This document shows positions 50,901 to 64,000 of a stretch of 64,000 bases of DNA, piece after piece. The position numbers were made by a program, and so were the translations under genes. The notes under the pieces are model-generated. The model saw only the letters and a program-made list of their open reading frames with translations, was not told the origin of the DNA and made no database searches. The stretch covers positions 1-64,000 of the forward strand of contig NW_026918867.1 of NCBI RefSeq assembly GCF_032062105.1, written 5' to 3'. The DNA is from Saccostrea cucullata (lineage: Eukaryota). Within the stretch, counting starts at the first letter, position 1, and each line of letters opens with the position of its first letter.

Positions 50901-53900
50901 TAATTCTATTTTATTTTTTGTGCAAAAAAGTTTGTTTTTTGTTGAGCTGATATTTTATCATGATGTTTTAAAACAGGATTATACACGTTTGTGATTCAGT
51001 ATTCCTAAACTGATGCCATTGGGATATTTGATATCCTAATCGAAAAAAGTCCAATAAACCAATATTTTTACCATGAAAATATCTGATTTTACAGTATTCT
51101 AGGTTTTAATGTAGATTTCGTCAAGGATCGACTGCCAAATATTTGACAATTTCTTTTTAAATAAAAGTGCATTATTATGTTTAATCTAAGACATTATAAA
51201 AAAAAATTAAAGCCAACATTTCTAAATAGAATGGTTTGTTGCAACTACATTTGTTCAAAAGCCCGCAACAGAAGTGCTTATTTCTTAAGAGGTTGCAAAT
51301 GTACATGTATTTCAAAACCAGATTCTAACCGCTATCGAAAACGCTACACCCACTACTGAAATAGAATTCATCAAACAAATAATTCAGAGGTGGGTATTTT
51401 GCATGTATTTCAGTGGTGGTTAAAACTTTTTTTTGCTTTGGAAATGCATTCTAAATTCCTTATGAAATAATTTCATTTGTGAGCATTTTTCAACAGTGAA
51501 TGCAACACATGTTGCATTATCAAATATCTCTGACTGAATCATTTTCTCCTTAAATACACATTTATATAAAAAGAAAACTGCAACGGGAATTTAATTTACC
51601 TTTCAGTTAATCATATATTGCTTCATTCTCATAGAAAAAAAAATTATTTCTTGCTTTTTGAACGTTTGTCTTCACTTCTAACTGCAAACATCGATATAAA
51701 AACATATTTGTCCTCATCGCTTTGTTTCTAGGATTTGAAAAATGTTTCCCTTGGATATGAATAACTCCGAACACAATATGTTTTTGACATGCAAATAATT
51801 TTTCTGGAAGTAAAAAAAAATATCAATCTGTAAATCGTGTTTTTTTTTTCAATATTATTATTGATTAGGACTGCTGAAACAGAATAATTGAATAGAAACT
51901 CGTCACTGTATATCTATGCAGGAGCCAAACAATTTCATCATTGCAATGGCTGCACTTACTCCAGGGGATCTCTAGATCAGGAAAAACCTAGCAAAGTCCC
52001 CCTCCTGTGTATAATTAATTTTTCCCCTGCCAGACAGACACCTGGTCTCGGGGCTAAAAATGCAGTCATTCGTTCAAATAATCCCCCACGCTTTATCAGG
52101 GAAAATAGTTTTCCGCCATTGACAGTAAATTGATGAAAGCGGAAAATTAATCAAATTTACTCCAAGTGTGTTCATTAGTCCAACAACCAAGGGAATCTCT
52201 GCTTAAATGACCAGTCAACATTGACAGAATAGAGAAATGTTTTGTGTTCTCTGGGCTGATTTCCCAGAGGAATATGACATAATTTTTTTTTATTTCTTTT
52301 CTTTTATGATAGTTTTGTCTTAGTTCTAGAAGGCTGCTTGTAAATGGGTGCCATTGTGCTCACTTTATTTTAAGTCAAAACTTTATTTTCTTTTCGAATT
52401 TTGTTTTTGGTAAGGATTAGAGATAATTAAAGTTTTTATTACTTCCTTTTACGTGCATACACAATGCTATTGTTTGGCATAAAAGATCGTGCTTGTCAAA
52501 GCATTATACTAATCTAGCATTCCAAATCAATAATAAATCATTTTGACCAAATTCATAAAGAAAATATAATCCCCCTGCTTAAAAATCATACATTCTTAAT
52601 TTTGTCAGTCTGACTTCTAGTAATCCGGTCGGCAGGGGATGCTCACTTCTCCATGGCACCTGATCCCACCCCTGATGTTTTGGAGGTTGTTTGCTCTGCT
52701 CCTATTTTGTATTGTTTTGTGGACTTTTGATCTTAAATGCTGTTCGTTATTTCTACATGTTTCATGAGTATACAAGCGTAAATAGACATGACAGGCTACA
52801 CACTTTACAGAACGTAATCAAATCATTCAGTACTAAACTTTGCCCAGTACGTTAATCTGACCAATTGATGATGTTGAATGATCAAATCTTTCTATTTTTA
52901 TCTTTTTCTGAAGAAGGCAAGGATGAACCAGAATTTTCATTTTCTAAAAATAACAACATGTGTCCTATTACAGGGATTGTAAGTTGGAGGATTCCGTGTC
53001 TATTTATATCTTCGAATCCTATGACGAGGCCAGTATCATGTTTTGTGGGGATAGGCTCCCCCTACAATACATGTCCGTGTACAACTGGCTGAGGGTCAGG
53101 TTCGTCAGTCTGCCCGGGGGAGACAAGGGACAAGCCTCGGGGTTCGAGTTCCAGTATAAATTTAGAAAAGGTGAAACTTAGTGCCCACAACTTTTCATCA
53201 CTTCTTTCTTAAAGTTATAAAATATCTTTAGAAAGTGTTGCATATTTAATTGTTAAATACATAATTTTTCTTAATTCGATTGCAAAACTGAAAAAGTTTG
53301 ACTGTCAGAGTCATAATGTTTCCGTTTTGTTTCAGATTTTGGAATAACAACAGGCTTACAATCGATGGGCGATAATGGTATGGGATGATCATTTTCTTTG
53401 ATTATAGCCTTCAGTTTAAATTTTCATACTAGTAAAAAAAACAATTAGCTTTAGATAACCGGCGGTGTTAATAGCATGCAACATACTTACTTTTTTAATT
53501 ATTTACATGTACTTTTTTTTCTTTTGTAAACGTTAGCTGAAAACTGTTCTGTCGTGTTTGAACTTTACCCTTTAGGGTGCTGTTTTTCTAACAATTCCCC
53601 CTGTCATACTTCATTTCCTAGGTCGCCCCCTTTGTAAGTTCCTGTATAACAGCACGGTACAGAAGGTGGGTAACTTTACCACCCCTAACTACCCCGGGTA
53701 CTACCCCTCCTACACACACTGTGAGTACGTATTCCGCGGCGAACCAGGAGAGCGAGTCACCATCACCCTGGACAATTTCGACGTAGGAAGAGGAGGAGTG
53801 TAAGTTTGTAATTTAATTATTCAACTCTCACGAAACTTGATAAATACATATAAAGTTCTAAATCTTTATATTGCTTGATGTAACAAAAGCTGGTGCGTTT

Positions 53901-55294
53901 GATTTCACTTAAGGCATGCCTTATCCTTCTAATCTAATTCATTGTTATCCCGATGTTCCACATATTATTTAGATGTGAAGGTAAGAACGACCACGTGACG
54001 TTTACCGCCTTCGCTCACGATGGACCAGACAGGGGATTCAAACCTATCTGTGGTGTCATGCAGTCATTGATCACCAAACGAGTGTCCGACGGCGCCTACT
54101 TCCGGGTTCTGATGAGTTCCTTTGATAACTACGAACATACGGGTTTCCTGGGACGATATGAATTTAGCCCTGGTAAGTGACCGACCCGAATAATTTCATG
54201 GGCCTTCAATAATCCCAGCAAGATTCGTTGAGATTATAAATTTTAAATTAATTGAAATAAGCGGTTGAAGTACGGGAACGAAACCCCGAATGAGATTATG
54301 TGACACTGCTCTGAGATTCAGAAGAGACATCTGTCCAAAATGTTTAGTCTCGACGAATCTCGCTGATATTAGGGACCCAGCTCCATGTGCCCTTTATTTA
54401 AAGGCAGAGATTTTAAGCACCGCCTTCAAAAATACCTGGTCTGGGTAACCCTGTCAATCAAGTGCATGAAGGTCTATCATTGGATGCTGGAACTTGATTG
54501 ACATTTACTTACTGGTCCTTGTGCATACCCTGTATACTTGTTGGACATTCTTGGTGACCTTCTAATTAACTTGATCCTTTGATGTTTACTGAACATGGTA
54601 TACAGAGACTGTATTACTATGAAAATTTTTAGATTGATAATATATGAATTAAATAAACCTTCAGTATTTGAAAGGATTATAATATAATATGCATTTTTTT
54701 TTTATTAAAAAAAAACTAAAAACTTTTTTTCTGATGAAATTTCGATTAATTTAAATACTCTAATTGGTAAACCTAAAGTGGAAATGTTATCGATGAAGTT
54801 CAGAGCAGCAGTGTCTTGAATTAGAAAAAAATAATTCTTCTAATCATGTGTCACTTATGTTTTCTTTTTTTTCAGATTAGAATTTACAAGCAATCTTTTT
54901 TGGCATATTTCATAGTGATAAAGTCTTATTAATGTTAGGATAAACTTAGTTTTTTTTAATGCAATGTTGTTAACATGACTCTCTTTTCATTTAATTAATA
55001 GATGAAATTTTAGGGATGAATGAATGAAGTCTACTCTGGTTGTTACAGGAGTTTTTTTTAAATTAAATGATACATTCACTCACAATAATCTTTGTTTCAA
55101 TATTTGAATTTATAGTATGATATCATGTCTTTTTTTTCAATGGGTAGCTAGGGGCCGGTGTTTTCAAACAGTCAAAAATAAATCAATGTATAATTGAAAA
55201 AAAAAAGTTTTTACTATTAATTTTAAAATTGTCTCACAATCCCCAACACAGGTAAAGTTTGATATCTGGGTATTTCACTGTGTATTAAATCACT

Positions 55295-55363
<69 letters not shown>

Positions 55364-55538
55364 TCAAATTGCTATTGTACTCTTTTTTTCAGATTACAAA
55401 GTCATCTTTCCCACAACCTCGTCACCAGAGAAGAGGAGCGGATCCCAATCTTCATCAAGTGACATCCCTGTGTTAGACAGTCTTTGTGTGATAATGCTTT
55501 CTATAATTAGTTTATCTAGAGTCAATATGTTGAGCTAG
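25964..55538 (+). CDS. SOL-1 (suppressor of lurcher protein 1)-like / cubilin-like protein with 4 CUB domains; 11 coding exons, 1857 nt, 618 aa
   Basis: Exons 25964-26036, 30698-30887, 32287-32504, 33297-33519, 34170-34369, 44142-44331, 52974-53170, 53336-53377, 53622-53799, 53973-54172 and 55393-55538 join in frame with GT-AG junctions. Four CUB motifs (SPNY/SPRY..YP...C.Y.F...GE.V.I.F..F; CG....; GF...Y/F.F). Signal peptide + 4 CUB + hydrophobic tail matches the SOL-1 architecture. Confidence 0.85.
26930..27280 (+). mobile_element. piggyBac-like MITE copy 2
   Basis: TTAA-CCCCCTT ... AAAGAG-TTAA; inverted homolog of 17121-17533. Confidence 0.6.
27681..28424. mobile_element. Kolobok-like MITE
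   Basis: TTAA TSD; perfect 18-bp TIR GGGGGCCGACTATAGTTT. Confidence 0.85.
28965..29890. repeat. Long imperfect palindrome (foldback) centred near 29555
   Basis: tttggaggagactaaa / tttagtctcctccaaa; aagccaggtaaattttat / ataaaatttacctggctt. Confidence 0.8.
29122..29395 (-). mobile_element. Short HINE (Helentron-associated) element inserted in the palindrome arm
   Basis: aactagaggtac end, (GACA/GACG) microsatellite, tataccc...ggggtata IR; related ends at about 8045-8062 and 59478. Confidence 0.7.
30698..30887 (+). CDS. CUB gene exon 2 (CUB1, N-half)
   Basis: ttttcag| ... GCECVVYQSTGQPGSRTFHSPNY...YPRGIICILFSFIGDVNETVEITFIDFNL ... AG|gtaaca. Confidence 0.9.
32287..32504 (+). CDS. CUB gene exon 3 (CUB1, C-half)
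   Basis: CPDFLKLY...DLCGNMSDLPQKTFYSKGRSLHMEFHT...YKGFAGKFSF; phase 2 in, phase 1 out. Confidence 0.9.
32771..33248. mobile_element. Tc1/mariner (pogo-like) MITE
   Basis: TA TSD; perfect TIR CCGTATATACTCGCCTATAAGTCG; internal repeated CTATAAGTCG motifs. Confidence 0.9.
33297..33519 (+). CDS. CUB gene exon 4 (CUB2, N-half)
   Basis: CSY...GRFFSPRYPQNFPPWSSCSYQFFARPGEIIQINFLVFQL; aag| acceptor, AG|gttagt donor. Confidence 0.88.
33978..34102 (-). mobile_element. Penelope-like element 3' fragment
   Basis: catcagaggtgagatcaggtgccatg. Confidence 0.6.
34170..34369 (+). CDS. CUB gene exon 5 (CUB2, C-half)
   Basis: CKKDEDYIELF...FICGTKSVPTITSHNNYLSVYFHS...KKGFAATYEY; G|gtgagt donor. Confidence 0.9.
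35226..35237 (+). CDS. Candidate 12-nt microexon (A-E-K-S) in the CUB2-CUB3 linker
   Basis: Strong tract tctttttattgcctttcag|CAGAAAAGTCAG|gtatta; phase 1-1, frame-preserving. Confidence 0.3.
36512..36940 (-). pseudogene. Penelope-like retroelement remnant: RT C-terminus plus 3' UTR
   Basis: Minus strand reads SQFIRYTRSCSTYKQVLKGVKLLTNTLLKQE /frameshift/ QSRLK*PFCKFYGRYIDLVYRY, followed by the conserved 3' motif. Confidence 0.7.
37000..37925. mobile_element. Kolobok-like MITE
   Basis: TTAA-GGTAG ... CTACC-TTAA. Confidence 0.6.
38560..38880 (+). repeat. About 320-bp direct repeat, copy 1
   Basis: gagatacacacta, cttggctttactg, attaaattctttcgctatattt and ggagatgcatgt shared with 42468-42795. 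Confidence 0.85.
38879..38957. repeat. (AT)n microsatellite
   Basis: About 39 AT units. Confidence 0.98.
40771..40864 (+). CDS. Candidate internal alternative first coding exon with signal peptide (MFIVGRSLWLFSLLNFVRCYYQYEQQAKFSA)
   Basis: First in-frame ATG after an upstream TAA; hydrophobic core; A|GTAAGT phase-1 donor in frame with exon 44142. Confidence 0.55.
41385..41602. mobile_element. TA-flanked MITE (tactgtaaaatc...); further partial copies near 41965, 43590, 50900, 55590 and 60342
   Basis: TACTGTAAAATCAC ... GTGATTCCATAGTA with internal TTCGTGG motifs. Confidence 0.6.
42468..42795 (+). repeat. About 320-bp direct repeat, copy 2 (partial third copy 42830-42930)
   Basis: Homologous to 38560-38880. 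Confidence 0.85.
44142..44331 (+). CDS. CUB gene exon 6 (CUB3, N-half)
   Basis: HKCSRNITQASSPAGTISSPRYSNQYPADVTCTYDFYANPGERVQIKFTHFNL; GG|gtaaga donor. Confidence 0.92.
44941..48733 (+). mobile_element. Non-autonomous Helentron/Helitron-type element, about 3.8 kb
   Basis: 5' AGGTCTTCCGTT-ttc-AACGGAAGACCT IR; 3' subTIR AACGGAAGACCT (48690), hairpin CTCGTTGC/GCAACGAG, CTAG end; degenerate caaggtcactg repeats. Confidence 0.75.
47450..47650 (-). mobile_element. tRNA-derived SINE nested in the Helentron
   Basis: gggatctttttt...tatacggtctcatcggaaggac...gggattcgaacc...gacgctctaatcactgcgcta. Confidence 0.8.
49087..50771. repeat. 54-bp minisatellite array, about 31 copies, with higher-order structure
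   Basis: Unit GAAAGCWTCCCTCASTATCCCTAGAAGAAGATGCTRTTGACCTGRTCTTTCAGW; no spacers. Confidence 0.97.
52625..52762 (+). mobile_element. Penelope-like element 3' fragment
   Basis: ccggtcggcaggggatgctcacttctccatggcacctgatcccacccctgatg. Confidence 0.65.
52974..53170 (+). CDS. CUB gene exon 7 (CUB3, C-half)
   Basis: DCKLEDSVSIY...FCGDRLPLQYMSVYNWLRVRFVS...GFEFQYKFRK. Confidence 0.9.
53336..53377 (+). CDS. CUB gene exon 8 (linker DFGITTGLQSMGDN)
   Basis: ttgtttcag| ... G|gtatgg; 42 nt, phase 1-1. Confidence 0.75.
53622..53799 (+). CDS. CUB gene exon 9 (CUB4, N-half)
   Basis: CKFLYNSTVQKVGNFTTPNYPGYYPSYTHCEYVFRGEPGERVTITLDNFDV; GT|gtaagt; absent from the ORF track. Confidence 0.92.
53973..54172 (+). 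CDS. CUB gene exon 10 (CUB4, C-half)
   Basis: CEGKNDHVTF...PICG...SDGAYFRVLMSSFDNYEHTGFLGRYEF; G|gtaagt donor. Confidence 0.9.
55297..55362. repeat. (CT)n microsatellite just upstream of the last-exon acceptor
   Basis: Interrupted CT run about 30 nt before 55393. Confidence 0.95.
55393..55538 (+). CDS. CUB gene terminal exon: Ser/Thr-rich stalk plus hydrophobic (GPI-signal-like) tail
   Basis: ttttttcag| DYKVIFPTTSSPEKRSGSQSSSSDIPVLDSLCVIMLSIISLSRVNMLS*; phase matches exon 10. Confidence 0.75.
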
Positions 55539-56225
55539 CTACCGCTAAATGTTATAGGGAAAAAAAGTTTTTAACTCATGTTGATTAATGCTGTAAAATC
55601 AAATATTTTTGTGGTGATAAAATTTCGAGTGGTTTAGGACAGAATATTTCATTGTGTAGATTTCGCGGAAATGTTGATCGATTGTTCAAGATTTTATATT
55701 ATGTGGAGGATATGAAATTAAATCATGGCTCTCCTAACAGACACATTTTTTTCAATTATACCTCATAAAAGAAAGATTTATTAAAATAATGCGTGAAATA
55801 TTTCTACTCATGTGTAGAGACCACTATTGTGTTGATCTATAGATTTACGAAGTACAGATTTAAGTATAACTTATCAAATTCAAAAATACTGCACAAGCGC
55901 ACTAAAAGTTTATTATTTACTTAAAGTTACTCCAAAGCTACATATGATGTCCTTTATTTTTTTTTTAATTTGAAACTTTAAAATCGTAAGATATAAGCAT
56001 AAACCAAAATGTAATATGTAAATTTAACATTCTTTCAACAAATATGGTTGAAAATATATTATGTATTCATGAGCATGCCAGTAATTATGTCCCAAAATCA
56101 AAATCTTGATTTTTAAATTAAGTATTCAAGTGTACATGTACCTTTGTCTTTAATTGTTGGCATCATAACAAGAAACTCGCCATTATTTGTTTTTTTTTTA
56201 TGACAAGAACTTTTTCAGGTTGTTT

Positions 56226-56256
<31 letters not shown>

Positions 56257-56951
56257 GTCTGTGACTTTTCATTTTCATATTGAATTATCTTTTCACCAAA
56301 AGATAAAATTAATGTACATTATAAAATCACGGTTCTACAAGCTTTTACGTGTAAAATAGTTGCCGCTATTAGTTTCTTTTAGATGCAGTATAATTAGATG
56401 TCAAAGACTGTAATTTTTATGACTGTACAAGTCCACTTGAATTTTCATTTGTATATCTTTGTTCATGTATATATGAAATGTTTATGCGAGAATCTTGAAT
56501 TGCAAAATGTATGTCCATTTGAAAGTTAATTGCTATATTTGCTGCTGGTATAAAAAACCCTTGCGTATAAATGCTGTTCTTTCATTTCTATATATTTTTT
56601 TTCAAATTAATCCTGCTTACTTCTGTTATAAAGTTATACATGTAGGATTGATTTAAATGAACTGTTCGTAGTTAAATTATTTCTTACATGTAAATCTGTT
56701 GCAAAAAAGCAAGTGAAGAACATGGTATTTTTTAACACAAGTCGTTTTTGTCATCAAGAAAAAGAATAAAGTTATCTTAATATTCAAAGATAGTTGTAGT
56801 GGCTTTTCAGAACCAAAATTACTTATATTTGTCATCGATATACACGCACTACATTTGTTCGTACATGTATTACCAGACGAGTATATGTCTCCATGTGACT
56901 GGAAATAGATTGTAGATAGAATGGAATTCACACAGAACCCTAAAAATTGAT

Positions 56952-56982
<31 letters not shown>

Positions 56983-57211
56983 CTTGGAGAGGACTTATAT
57001 AGGCCATGCCTGATGTCCAATCCAATTATGTAATCTTACTTTACATAATAAAATATTGATTAAATTAACCCTAAAAATTTGCAGATTGGAAGGTCTTGCA
57101 TAAACGTCTTCATTTTACAAACAAAGATTTTGTAGCATACACATTCATTTTTGCTATTGTTCTGCAGTAAAATGACTTGAAAACTTGAAAAAAAAAACAT
57201 TTTTTTTTTAT

Positions 57212-63867
<6,656 letters not shown>

Positions 63868-64000
63868 ATTTTTGTTTTCTTTTGAGAGTTATCTTCCCCT
63901 GTCAAAAATAATTGACTAAGTCGTCCATGCATTGTTTCCTGTTTCGTTCCTTTTGATAAAAAAAAATGTGGGCACCATTATTTTTATTTTTTTCAAAATC

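Overview
AT-rich, intron-rich eukaryotic DNA. The repeat content (Cg170-like 166-bp satellite inside a Helentron/HINE element, Nin/Deu-type SINEs, Penelope-like remnants) points to a bivalve, most likely an oyster. I assembled two convergent protein-coding genes by hand with consistent GT-AG splice phases. (1) Plus strand: an 11-exon, ~618-aa protein with signal peptide, four CUB domains and a hydrophobic C-terminus, SOL-1 (suppressor of lurcher)-like, at 25964-55538. (2) Minus strand: a complete 6-exon, 416-aa MFSD9 transporter at 63867-57212. The rest is intergenic or intronic and is dense with nested non-autonomous DNA transposons, SINEs, retroelement fragments, microsatellites and a 54-bp tandem array. 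The most interesting signal is isoform architecture hidden in the CUB gene: an internal signal-peptide first exon in frame with CUB3-4, a candidate 12-nt microexon, and a candidate stop-containing alternative last exon that would remove the membrane anchor. Nearly all short ORFs in the supplied track are spurious. No CRISPR array, rRNA or intact tRNA was found.
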